A DNA stretch of 64,000 bases from a bacterium (GTDB lineage: Bacteria > UBA8248 > JACPRG01 > G963555815): the NCBI GenBank assembly GCA_965261595.1, contig CBDHDG010000005.1, positions 256,001-320,000 on the forward strand. The letters run 5' to 3'. Made by a program: the position numbers and the translations under genes. Of this stretch, positions 27,326 to 38,261 are shown one piece after another; the first letter of the stretch is position 1; each line of letters starts with the position of its first letter. The notes under the pieces were generated by a model. That model searched no databases, was not told the origin of the DNA, and worked only from the letters and a program-made list of their open reading frames with translations.

Positions 27326-28588
27326 TCAGCCTCGCGGTGCGGGGAGTAGATCGGAGGCCTTGTACAAGGCCGATTGGAGCGAGGAGAGGGCTTGGGCCTT
27401 CCCGGGGGCCACGCCTTTGTGCTGGATGAGGACTTTCAACGCGCCCCCCAGCCCGCCGGGGAGGAGAAGGTTCTTGATGGACAGATTCCGGTGAAGGGCC
27501 CGGATGGCTTCCTCGCCTTCCCCCGGTGGAACGCTCCGGATCTCTTCGGCCACGCCCAGTCCGACCAGGGCGTGGTGTTGGTCGGTGAAGCCGGCGGGCG
27601 CCAGCCCCTCCTCCCGGCCGGCCATCGCCAGCGCCGTGAAGTCCACGTGGGCCGTCAAGTCCTGTTCTCCCACGTGGATGTACGGGTCCGCATGCGCCCG
27701 GTGGCGGTGGTAGCACATCAACGTTCCTCCGTTCGAGAGACGGTGAGGCGCGTAGAGATCCGAAGCGGGGAGTCCATAATCCAACGTCAGGACGAAGCCC
27801 CGCAGCAGCTTTTGGCCGATTGTCCTCATCCAATCCATGGCTTTCAGGTTGATTTCGGTCCTCGCCTTCTCGTCCTCGCCGGCGGGGACGGGACCGAGGG
27901 TCTCGAAGTGGGCGGCCAGGGCCGGCGTGGAGGGATCGCCCAACTCCTCGTAGAATCCCCCCCTCTTCCCCCCCCCTCCCTCCTCTCCTCCGGCGGCGGC
28001 GCGGACGTAGACCTCAGACACCCCGTCCACTCGGGGGTGGACCCGATGAACGGGAAGGGCGTCGAAAAACTCGTTGGAAAAGACCACGCCCGTCATGCCG
28101 GAGGGAACTTCCTCCATGGAGTCCACCCACACAACGCGGCCGCGCCAGGCGTCGCCCGCGGAATCCAGCCCCTCCTCCAGGTCCCGGCGCCGCCCGGGGC
28201 TTCTTTCGACGGCCACGTAATCTGTGCGGGAGAGGCAGTCGGGCGCGTCCCGTTCCAGGGCGCGGCAGATGTCCCGGCAGAGCAGGCCCCGGCCCGCTCC
28301 CAGCTCGACGATCCGAAACCGGGGCGGTTCATCCAGGGCCCGCCACATTTCCGCGAGCTGGCGGGCCAGACACCTGCCGAAGATCTCGCTGACATCCGGA
28401 CTGGTGTAGTAATCCCGTTTTCGGACCTCCGGCGGCAGCCTCTTCATGTAGTAGCCCCCCTCCGGGTCGTAGAGGGCCCGTTCCATGAAGCGCGCGAAAG
28501 GGATCCGCCCCTCCCCGATATCTCGGGCGATTCTCAGCGCAAGGGGGGTGGGGGGGGGGTGGGGGGAGGGGAGGGGGGCTGAGTCCAT
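27326..28588 (-). CDS. MidA/NDUFAF7 family SAM-dependent methyltransferase
   Basis: FARFMERALYDPEGGYY, DYYTSP, VELGAGRG, SNEFFDALP, LDYG, QDLTAHVDF. Confidence 0.92.
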   Translation of the reverse strand: MDSAPLPSPHPPPTPLALRIARDIGEGRIPFARFMERALYDPEGGYYMKRLPPEVRKRDYYTSPDVSEIFGRCLARQLAEMWRALDEPPRFRIVELGAGRGLLCRDICRALERDAPDCLSRTDYVAVERSPGRRRDLEEGLDSAGDAWRGRVVWVDSMEEVPSGMTGVVFSNEFFDALPVHRVHPRVDGVSEVYVRAAAGGEEGGGGKRGGFYEELGDPSTPALAAHFETLGPVPAGEDEKARTEINLKAMDWMRTIGQKLLRGFVLTLDYGLPASDLYAPHRLSNGGTLMCYHRHRAHADPYIHVGEQDLTAHVDFTALAMAGREEGLAPAGFTDQHHALVGLGVAEEIRSVPPGEGEEAIRALHRNLSIKNLLLPGGLGGALKVLIQHKGVAPGKAQALSSLQSALYKASDLLPAPRG

Positions 28589-28627
28589 GGCGGCGTCGGG
28601 AAGGTTCTCGTTGAAAGGCGCAGGGGC

Positions 28628-29803
28628 CTACTTTTTCCAGAACATCAGCCGGTCGAGCCAGGTCTTCTTCTGGACGGCCTCCGCCGCCAGCAGGGGCGTG
28701 GAGGCCAGGACCCGGCCCCGGACGATCACCTCAATCTTCCCCACCTCCCGCCCCTTCCGGACCGGGGCCGAGATGGGGTTCCTCTTCAGGGTGATTCGGG
28801 TCTTGACTTTGGGGACGTGGATCCGCTTGACAAGAACCGAGATGGGCTTGGCCGCGACGATGGTTATGGTTTTTTTCTTCCCCTGAGCCACGGCGACGGG
28901 TTTGCCGATCGGCCTCCCGTCGGTGAAGAAGGAGACCTTTTTGTAAACGCGGAATCCCCGCGTCAGGAGTTTCCTGGTTTCCCGCACCCGGCCTTTCTGC
29001 GTGGGGGCCCCCAGGACCACCGAGATCAGCCGGAATCCGCTCCGCGTCGCGGTCGTGCAAAGGTTGAACCTCGCCTTTTTGTAGTAGCCCGTTTTGATTC
29101 CGTCCATTCCGGGGAAGCGGCGCAGGAGCTTGTTCGTGTTGTAGAGCTTGAATTTTCCGTTGCGGAAGGTGTCCTCCACCGTGGCCCCCCACTTGAGGAG
29201 GAGCGGGTGGCGGACGATTTGCCGGGCAATGATCGAGATGTCCCGGGCCGAGGTGTAGTCCTGGGGCTGGCCGGGGGCCGGCGGAAGGCCGTGGACGTTG
29301 GTGTACACCGTCCGGGTCAGTCCAAGATCGCGGGCGCGCTCGTTCATCAACTGGACCATCGCCTCGGGGGCGCCGGCGATGTGCTCGGCGATGGCGTAGG
29401 CGGCGTCGTTAGCCGAGGCGATGACGACCGCTTTGAGCAGCTCGCCCAGCGTGAAGACCTCCCCCTCCTTCAGGTAGACCTGCGATCCCCCGATGCGGCT
29501 GGCGGCCCGCGAGATGTGCACCTTCTGGTCAAGCGAGAAGGCGCCCTCTTTGACCGATTCCACCACGATGAGCATGAGCATCATCTTGACGAGGGAGGCG
29601 GGTATGAGCTTTCTGTCCGCCTGATCCTCGATGAGAACCTGGCCCGTCCCGGCTTCGATGAGGAGGGCGGCCCGGTAGCGCGGCGGTTTGTCCGCTTTGG
29701 GCTTGGCCCGCTTCGCGGCGGAGACCGGGAGCGCGGAAAGGCAGAACGCAAGGGCAATGAACGCGGCGATGGATCGGATGCATGGGGAGTGTCTGAATCG
29801 CAT
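28628..29803 (-). CDS. dacA: D-alanyl-D-alanine carboxypeptidase (peptidase S11, PBP5/6-like)
   Basis: PASLVK (SxxK), SANDA (SxN), GIKTG, C-terminal PBP5 domain, signal peptide. Confidence 0.9.
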   Translation of the reverse strand: MRFRHSPCIRSIAAFIALAFCLSALPVSAAKRAKPKADKPPRYRAALLIEAGTGQVLIEDQADRKLIPASLVKMMLMLIVVESVKEGAFSLDQKVHISRAASRIGGSQVYLKEGEVFTLGELLKAVVIASANDAAYAIAEHIAGAPEAMVQLMNERARDLGLTRTVYTNVHGLPPAPGQPQDYTSARDISIIARQIVRHPLLLKWGATVEDTFRNGKFKLYNTNKLLRRFPGMDGIKTGYYKKARFNLCTTATRSGFRLISVVLGAPTQKGRVRETRKLLTRGFRVYKKVSFFTDGRPIGKPVAVAQGKKKTITIVAAKPISVLVKRIHVPKVKTRITLKRNPISAPVRKGREVGKIEVIVRGRVLASTPLLAAEAVQKKTWLDRLMFWKK

Positions 29804-30013
29804 AGGGAATCTCTCGGATTGGGACCGCCCGGCGGGAGAGGCCTGCCCGTGCACCTCGCCCCGAATCTAGACCGGTCGGGGACGGGTGTCAAGATGCGGG
29901 AGGCGTCCAAGGTTTTGAAAATAGAGATTGCCGGGTTTGCGGACGACATGAAAGCGCCGCGCGGACTTCCGTGAGCGCTTGCGTTCCAGCGCGGAGTCCG
30001 GCGAATCCCATGA

Positions 30014-30029
30014 TGCAAGCAGGGTGCCA
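30014..30029 (-). promoter_or_regulatory. Canonical sigma54 -24/-12 promoter upstream of dacA-like gene
   Basis: TGGCAC-CCTGC-TTGCA on the minus strand, about 210 bp upstream of the start. Confidence 0.6.
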
Positions 30030-30152
30030 TTCGCCGCTCCTTGACACCCCCCGGCGGGGCGGTGGAAAATGGAACGTTTGGGCCTGTATTTTCTATGCCC
30101 GGGCAGGTGAATTTCGTTTCCCGGTCTTGAAATGTTCGGTGCGGAGGGCCGC

Positions 30153-33104
30153 ATGCTCGACACCATCTCCATCCGGGGGGCGCGCGAGCACAACCTCAAG
30201 GGGATCGACCTCGACCTCCCCCGGGGGAAGTTCATCGTGATCACCGGCCTCAGCGGGTCGGGGAAATCCTCCCTCGCCTTCGATACGCTTTACGCCGAGG
30301 GCCACCGCCGCTACGTCGAGTCCATGTCCACCTACGCCCGCCAGTTCCTCGAGCGGGTGGACAAGCCCGACGTGGACTACATCGAGGGCGTCTCCCCGGC
30401 CATCGCCATCGAGCAGCGCAACCCCGTCAAGCACTCCCGATCCACCGTCGGAACGGCGACGGAGGTCTACGATTATCTCCGCCTCCTTTTTGCCAAGGTC
30501 GGCGAGACCGTGTGCCCCGCCTGCGCGGCGCCGGTCCGTCCCGATACGGTCGAGGGCGCGGTGGACCGGCTGCTGTCCGGCCGCGCGGGCGACCGCGCTT
30601 ATGTGACCTTCCCGGTCGAGACGGCCCCGGCGGACCCGCCCAAGAAGGGAAGGGGGGGGAAGGGAAAGAAGGGCCCGGGAAAAGACGGCCGGAAGGAGCG
30701 CCTGTCGAACCTCCTCGATCATCTCCTCGCCCGGGGCTTCCTGCGGGTCTGGATCGGCGAGGAGCTGTTCAACCTGTCCGAGAAGGAGGAAATGGCCGAG
30801 GCGGCGAGTACGGAGTCGGACGACATTCAGGCCGTCGTGGACCGGCTGCGGCTCGGGAAGAATGTCCGCTCCCGCCTGGACGATTCACTCGAGATCGCCT
30901 TCCGTGAAGGAGGCGGCAAGGCCGAGGCCCGGATCGCCGATGGCCCGCGTCTTCCCTTTTCCCGGGGGTTTGTCTGCTCCTCGTGCGGGAGGGGGTTCGA
31001 GCCGCCGACGCCGCTGTTCTTCTCCTTCAACAATCCCCAAGGGGCCTGTTCGGAATGCGGCGGCTTCGGCAACAAGCTGGACCTGGACCTGGACCTCGCC
31101 ATCCCGAACCGGACGAAGACCCTCGCCGGGGGGGCCGTGGATCCCTGGACCCGCCCCCGGCACAAAAGCCATTTTCAGGAAGAGATCCGAAAGCTGTCCC
31201 GCACAGAGGGCGTGGACCTGAATGTCCCGTTTGAGTCTCTCCCCAAAAAACATCAGCGGATGGTCATCGAAGGGACGAAGGCGTTTCAGGGCGTCCGGCC
31301 CTTTTTCGAGCGGCTCAACCGGAAGAAGTACAAGATCTGGGTGCGGATGTTCCTGCGGCGGTACCTGGGGACGTTTCCTTGCCCCCGGTGCCGGGGGGCG
31401 CGCCTGCGCGAGGACGCCCTGTACGTGCAAATCGACGGCCGGAACATATCCGAGGTCTCGGCGCTATCGGTCCGCGACCTGAGGGGCTTCCTGGACGCGA
31501 TCGACTTTTCCCCCGGACAGGCCGACGTGGCCGGGGATATCCTGGCTCAGCTCCGGTCGCGGCTGGACTTCCTCGCGCACGTCGGCGTGGATTACCTCAC
31601 CCTCGGCCGCTTGACCCGGACGCTGTCGGGCGGAGAGGCCCAGCGCATCAACCTGGCCAACCAGCTGGGGGCGCAGCTCGCCGGGACCCTCTATATCCTC
31701 GATGAGCCTACGGTCGGACTGCACCCGAGCGACAACGCGAAGCTCCTGCAGATCCTCAAGGGGCTGACCGGCGCGGGAAACACGGTGGTGATCGTCGAAC
31801 ACGACCGGGACGTCATCCGGGAGGCGGATTTCCTGGTGGACCTCGGTCCCGGGGCCGGGGAGCGGGGCGGGGAGGTGGTGTTCGCCGGGCCCGCGGGGGA
31901 TATCCTCTCGTGCGAAGATTCGGTCACGGCGTCTTACCTCCGGGGAGAGCGGAAGATCCCCCTGCCCGAGCGGAGGCGGCCGGTGGGCGATCCGCCGGCC
32001 GTGAAGACCCGGCGCGGGAAACCCGCTCGGCCCGGCGAGATCCCGTTCGCGATCGCGGCCGAACCCGGGACGGTCTTCCTCTCCCTTCTGGGGGCCTGTG
32101 AGAACAACCTGAAGAATGTTGATTTCCACCTCCCCCTCGGGACGTTCACGTGCGTGACGGGGGTCTCCGGATCGGGAAAGAGCACCCTGGTGCACGATAC
32201 GCTTTATCAGGCCCTCCACCGGGTCTTCCACGGCGGCTCGACGCCGATGGGCCGGTTCCGGGAGGTCCGGGGGGTGGAGGCGCTCGGAGGGATCGTCCTG
32301 TTGGATCAGGCCCCCATCGGCCGCACCCCGAGGTCGAACCCGGTGACCTACATCAAGGCCTACGACGCCATCCGGCGGCTCTTTGCCGAGACCCCCGCCG
32401 CCCGCCTCCTGCGCTACGGCCCCGGGCATTTCTCCTTCAACGTCGCCGGCGGGCGGTGCGAGCGGTGCAAGGGAGACGGCCACGAGAAGATCGAGATGCA
32501 CTTCATGGCCGACCTGTTCGTGCGCTGCCCGGAGTGCGAGGGGAAGCGGTTCCGGCCCTCGACGCTGGAGGTGAAGCGCCGGGGCAAGAACATCCACGAC
32601 GTTCTCTCCCTGACGGTGGACGGCGCCTTGCGGTTTTTCGCCGGCGAGCCGTCCCTGGTGCGGCGGCTGGAGGCCCTCTCCCGCGTGGGGTTGGGATACA
32701 TCCGTCTGGGACAGCCGGCGACGACCCTCTCGGGCGGAGAGGCGCAGCGGTTGAAGATCGCCGTCCATCTCTCCGGGAAAGACCCGTCGCGCATGCTCTA
32801 CATCCTGGATGAGCCGACGACGGGCCTTCATTTTCACGACGTGGAGGTCCTGTTGCGCGCCTTGCACCGGCTGGTGGCTCTCGGCAACACGGTCCTCGTC
32901 ATCGAGCACAACCTGGATGTGGTCAAGACGGCCGATCACATCGTGGACCTGGGTCCCGGCGGGGGCGACGCGGGCGGGCGGATCGTCGCGCGGGGGACGC
33001 CCGAAGAAATCGCCGATTGTCCCGAGTCCCTCACGGGCCGATACCTCCGCCCGCTCCTCGAAGTCCGCCCGCGCGATGAGGCCGTGATGGGGTCAGGGGT
33101 TTAG
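30153..33104 (+). CDS. uvrA: Excinuclease ABC subunit A
   Basis: GAREHNLK, two Walker A motifs (GLSGSGKS, GVSGSGKS), two LSGGEAQR signatures, CxxC zinc fingers. Confidence 0.96.
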   Translation: MLDTISIRGAREHNLKGIDLDLPRGKFIVITGLSGSGKSSLAFDTLYAEGHRRYVESMSTYARQFLERVDKPDVDYIEGVSPAIAIEQRNPVKHSRSTVGTATEVYDYLRLLFAKVGETVCPACAAPVRPDTVEGAVDRLLSGRAGDRAYVTFPVETAPADPPKKGRGGKGKKGPGKDGRKERLSNLLDHLLARGFLRVWIGEELFNLSEKEEMAEAASTESDDIQAVVDRLRLGKNVRSRLDDSLEIAFREGGGKAEARIADGPRLPFSRGFVCSSCGRGFEPPTPLFFSFNNPQGACSECGGFGNKLDLDLDLAIPNRTKTLAGGAVDPWTRPRHKSHFQEEIRKLSRTEGVDLNVPFESLPKKHQRMVIEGTKAFQGVRPFFERLNRKKYKIWVRMFLRRYLGTFPCPRCRGARLREDALYVQIDGRNISEVSALSVRDLRGFLDAIDFSPGQADVAGDILAQLRSRLDFLAHVGVDYLTLGRLTRTLSGGEAQRINLANQLGAQLAGTLYILDEPTVGLHPSDNAKLLQILKGLTGAGNTVVIVEHDRDVIREADFLVDLGPGAGERGGEVVFAGPAGDILSCEDSVTASYLRGERKIPLPERRRPVGDPPAVKTRRGKPARPGEIPFAIAAEPGTVFLSLLGACENNLKNVDFHLPLGTFTCVTGVSGSGKSTLVHDTLYQALHRVFHGGSTPMGRFREVRGVEALGGIVLLDQAPIGRTPRSNPVTYIKAYDAIRRLFAETPAARLLRYGPGHFSFNVAGGRCERCKGDGHEKIEMHFMADLFVRCPECEGKRFRPSTLEVKRRGKNIHDVLSLTVDGALRFFAGEPSLVRRLEALSRVGLGYIRLGQPATTLSGGEAQRLKIAVHLSGKDPSRMLYILDEPTTGLHFHDVEVLLRALHRLVALGNTVLVIEHNLDVVKTADHIVDLGPGGGDAGGRIVARGTPEEIADCPESLTGRYLRPLLEVRPRDEAVMGSGV

Positions 33105-33314
33105 TTTTGGTTTTTGATTTCCATGTTCTTCCGGTTGCATCCAATCAGATTCATCCGGCCTCATATCCCCCTCCCGAGCACACGAGAAAGTCACCAGTGG
33201 AAGCGATTCATCCGTGACACCCTTGTTCCGAATCCGTTCCTGGAAGAAAATGTAGACGATCCCCTTTTCCCGTTAGATTAGATTATTTTTTTGACTCTTT
33301 CCCCGACGACGGCG

Positions 33315-34481
33315 ATGCGCAAACCTCTCTTATATTTCGCTTCCGCTCTCATCCTCCTGCCCGCCCTGTGGGCGTTCGCCTCGCGCCCCGCCGTCAGCCT
33401 CCTGGCCGCCATCGACATTCTTTCCGATCAGGGAGGTCCGCTTGCCCGGATCCACCCGGAGGTGAAGAAAGAGGGCGTGCGGATCCCCGTAGGGGGAAAG
33501 ACGCTCGAAGCGGACTTCTACCGCCGGACCGGTCCGGGCGGGTCCGTCAAGCGCCCCGGCCTGTTGCTCATTCACGGTCTCGCCGAGGCGGGGAAGGACG
33601 ATCCAAAGCTCGTCCGCTTCGCAACAACGATGGCCCGGGCGGGGTTCGCCGTCCTGGTTCCGGATTTCACAGGCCTGAAGTCGTTCCGCGTCCGGCGGGA
33701 CTCGGTGGACGAGGCGGCCGCCGCGTTCGATCATCTGGCGGCGAAGGCCCCGGGCGTCCAGCCCGGAAAAAACGGCATCCTGGGAATCAGCTTCGGCGGG
33801 GGAATCGGCCTGCTGGCGGCGGTGGACGCCGGTATCCGCGAGCGAGTCGCGTATGTCGTCTCCTTCGGCGGGTACTACGACCTGTCCAATGTGATCCGGT
33901 ACTACACCACCGGGGGCTATGCCTACGGCCCCGAGCGCGGCATCGGCAATCCGGTCCCCTGGGCCAAGTGGCATCTCATCCTGAAAAACCTGGATTTCCT
34001 GGAGGACCCCGCCGACCGGACGGCGTTCGACGCCCTGGCCCGGCGGAAGCTGCGTGAGGAGACGGCCGACGTTTCCGGATGGGCGCGGAGACTCTCCCCC
34101 CGGGGCCGGGCGCTCTATGCCGTCTTGGCGGAAGAGGATTTCTCCCGCTTCCCGCCGCTCTACGCGAAGGTGTCGCCGCGCGTGCGGGATTTGCTGAGGG
34201 CGCTCTCGCTTCCGGAAAAAATCCGCGACGTGAAGGCGGACGTGATCCTCTCCCACAGCATCCCCGACCCGCTCATCCCCCACACGGAGACGCTCCGCCT
34301 GGCCGACGCCTTGAAGGAGAGCGGACGGCCGGACGTGAGCGTGACGCTCCTGAGGCTCTTCCGCCACGTGGACCCCGCCCGGCCCGCCGGGACGGAATCC
34401 CTGGGATGGCTCGAAAAGGTCCAAGAGGGCTGGAAGTTCTTCCGTCTGGTGGACCGCATCCGCGCAAAGGCGGGACTTTAG
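33315..34481 (+). CDS. Alpha/beta-fold hydrolase, N-terminally anchored
   Basis: LLLIHG, GISFGG nucleophile elbow, DPLIP, terminal HVD. Confidence 0.75.
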   Translation: MRKPLLYFASALILLPALWAFASRPAVSLLAAIDILSDQGGPLARIHPEVKKEGVRIPVGGKTLEADFYRRTGPGGSVKRPGLLLIHGLAEAGKDDPKLVRFATTMARAGFAVLVPDFTGLKSFRVRRDSVDEAAAAFDHLAAKAPGVQPGKNGILGISFGGGIGLLAAVDAGIRERVAYVVSFGGYYDLSNVIRYYTTGGYAYGPERGIGNPVPWAKWHLILKNLDFLEDPADRTAFDALARRKLREETADVSGWARRLSPRGRALYAVLAEEDFSRFPPLYAKVSPRVRDLLRALSLPEKIRDVKADVILSHSIPDPLIPHTETLRLADALKESGRPDVSVTLLRLFRHVDPARPAGTESLGWLEKVQEGWKFFRLVDRIRAKAGL

Positions 34482-34497
34482 GAGAGGTGAAAACCTT

Positions 34498-34596
34498 GTG
34501 GGGGGCGCTTTTTGAAAGGCGCCCCCCCACGCCCCCCCGCAAAACTTTTGTTTCGCGACAAGGGGCGGCTCCCTTGGGGAGCCGCCCCTTGTCGCA
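34498..34596. repeat. Cluster of palindromes downstream of the hydrolase gene
   Basis: GTGGGGGGCGCTTTT-TGA-AAGGCGCCCCCCCAC and GCGACAAGGGGCGGCTCCC-TTG-GGGAGCCGCCCCTTGTCGC. Confidence 0.7.
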
Positions 34597-34847
34597 AGTG
34601 CTTCCTTAAAATCCATTTATCTGTCATTTCGGTTAATCTGTTATTCCGAGCACAGCGAGGAATCGCGCCTTCCCCTCCCCGTTGGATATCCACCCCCCGC
34701 TCAGCCTTCGGATCACAGCGGACTTGAAACCGGCGTAGCGACTGTCTACCTCGTCAAGGGTGAATCGCTTTGGGCTGCCATGGTTGCCCGGTTCGGACCA
34801 TTGGACCGCCCCTGGGTTATTGGACACTCGGGTGAGGGTATTCGACC

Positions 34848-35752
34848 TCATGCGGCCTCCGCAACTTGAGCGAGTTTTTCCTGCCTTGCCTGGGCCGGCG
34901 TTCGGTAGCCGTAGCCCTCGAGAATCCAATGATGGTTGTACAGGTTCTTGAACTCAAGCAGCGCCCACCGCAGTTCCTCTACGGTGGCGAAAGAGCGCAC
35001 CCACAGGAGATTCTCCTTCAAGATGCGGATAAACCACTCACAGTAGCCATTTCCCTCGGGCGCCCGCACGAAGCTGGGCGAACTGGTCATGCCCAGGTAG
35101 GCGATCTCCCGCTGAAAGTCATCGGACAGATAGGCGGGGCCGTGGTCGTGACGAACTTTAAGCCCCTCGGCGACGTCCGCCTCCAAGCCGGCGAAGCGCT
35201 CGGCGACCCCCTGCCGGATCGGCTCCAGGGCCTCGAAGCGGTTGCCGCTCTTGGCCGCATGGATCCCCACGCAGTCCACCGAGCAGTGATCCACCGCCAC
35301 GAACACCGAGGCCACCCCCTCCTCGGTGGTCACCGTCGTCGTCATGTCCGTGCCCCACATTCGGTCGGGCCGCTCGGTGCGGATGGTCCCGTTGTGGGCC
35401 TTGGGACCTCGGGGTTTGCCCACCCGGTGGGGGGCCTGAAGCCCCGCCTCCCGCATCAGGCGACGCATCCGCTCCTTGCTGGTGCGGATGCCCGCGAAGC
35501 GCAGCCTCGCCCACACCTTGCGGTAGCCCTCGCCATGGAAGGGAGAGTCCTCCAGGACCTGCCGGATGTGGCCGAGGAGTTCCGCATCGGTGCACGGGCC
35601 CACAGGGCCGCGCTTATTGGGCGTGGGGCGTTCATGAACGGGGACCGCCTCTCGCCGCCGTTGCGCGTAGACCGTGGAGCGCGCCAAGCCCCAAAGGGCG
35701 CACACCCGCTTCAGGCCGTAGGCTCTGCCCGTGGAGGTGAAGCGGGCCTGAC

Positions 35753-35765
<13 letters not shown>
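34848..35765 (-). CDS. IS3-family transposase OrfB (DDE integrase core)
   Basis: GYRKVWARL, WGTDMT, RHDHG, PEGNGYCE motifs. Confidence 0.9.
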
Positions 35766-37058
<1,293 letters not shown>

Positions 37059-37100
37059 TCAATGCCGACATAGACTTCCTGGGTGTTCATGAAATGGGTC

Positions 37101-37260
37101 TCCCTTCCTTGCGAATCCGGGCTCAAGATGGCCCTAGCGACTGTTCGGGATTCGACTTCCAAATGGATGGGGAGCCTCGCTACGAAACGGTCTCTAAGGA
37201 CCTGGGGCCGGTGCGGTCTCCCGTCCACGTTCTTCCCCTCACCCTCGGGGATAGACCTCC
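37101..37260 (-). ncRNA. IS110 bridge RNA (5' hairpin, target-binding loop, donor-binding loop)
   Basis: Guides ACCGGCCCC (37204-37212) and CGTAG (37180-37184) match the flanks; ACAGTCGCT (37136-37144) and GCAAG (37108-37112) match the element ends; enclosing stems present. Confidence 0.85.
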
Positions 37261-37456
37261 TCATTGTCATGCCCAAAAAAGGCCGCGACAAGGCTTTGTC
37301 CATCAATGCCAAGATTACAAGGGGCCGGTCTCCGTACCGGCCCGTCACACGCCCGCGTGGAGAACGGGGTGTTTCAGCCAGGCGACTCCCTTGCATCGGG
37401 CAATCTATTGAAAGGCAACCAGTTCACCGGCCCATCCGAATGAGGCGGAAAAAGAC

Positions 37457-37488
37457 AAAAAAAAGACCGCGCCATGACGGCGCGGCCC
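37457..37488 (-). terminator. Rho-independent terminator
   Basis: GGCCGCGCC-GTCAT-GGCGCGGTC followed by T8 on the minus strand. Confidence 0.8.
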
Positions 37489-37531
37489 TTGCGGATTCAA
37501 TACACTCGGCTCGGGAGGAAAACGCCCGGTC

Positions 37532-38101
37532 CTACGGAACGTTGCTTCCGTCGCTGATGGGCGGGACGATCCTCCCCTCGATGACGCCGAAATTCCTGGC
37601 GAATGTCAGGTTGGATTTCGGCGGCGGGAACTTCTTGGGCGCGAGGATATCCAGGGTGACGTCAAACGACCCCACCCGGCTGATCCGGCCCTCCACGTCC
37701 CGCGCCCAGATCTTGATGTAGACGTACAGGTCCTGCGTGTTCGAGAGCGTCCCGCTGTGGATGGCGTCGAACGTGCTCAACGTGAAGTGGCCGGAGACCT
37801 CCTTCTCCTCGCCCGGCTTGATCCGGTAATTGCCGAAGGAGACTTCCGCGTAGGGCGGGCTCTCGAAGCTCCAGACGATCTCCTTGAGATCGGCCGCGCC
37901 CGCCTTGACCGAGACGTAGACCGGCAGGTCGTTGGGCGGGACGATCCGCTTCGGCGCGTGCATCAGGACGAGCTTCGGGCCATCGGGCGAGATGATTCGA
38001 CCCTTCCGGATCGTCGTCTGCGCCATCGCGCCCGTTGCGGCGATGGTTATCCAGAGAAAGAAAACCCCCAGCGTAAACGCCCAAGCTTTCCGAGTCGCCA
38101 T
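37532..38101 (-). CDS. Hypothetical exported protein (beta-rich)
   Basis: Signal peptide ending AMA-Q, high-GC3 codon usage, downstream terminator. Confidence 0.65.
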   Translation of the reverse strand: MATRKAWAFTLGVFFLWITIAATGAMAQTTIRKGRIISPDGPKLVLMHAPKRIVPPNDLPVYVSVKAGAADLKEIVWSFESPPYAEVSFGNYRIKPGEEKEVSGHFTLSTFDAIHSGTLSNTQDLYVYIKIWARDVEGRISRVGSFDVTLDILAPKKFPPPKSNLTFARNFGVIEGRIVPPISDGSNVP

Positions 38102-38261
38102 CTTTCCATCTCCCGGTGGTTCAGCACCCTAACCTGCGCGACGTTCGGCCTGTGCGGGAGGTCCCACCCCGGGGGTCCGAAGCCCACATCACAATATATT
38201 CGGATCAACGCACCCCGGTGACACATATTCCCGGACGAATCCCCCCCTCCCCCTCCCCCCC

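Noticed and set aside
30031..30152. LexA/SOS box upstream of uvrA
   Set aside because: No convincing CTGT-N8-ACAG, GAAC-N4-GTTC or GTTC-N7-GTTC match seen.
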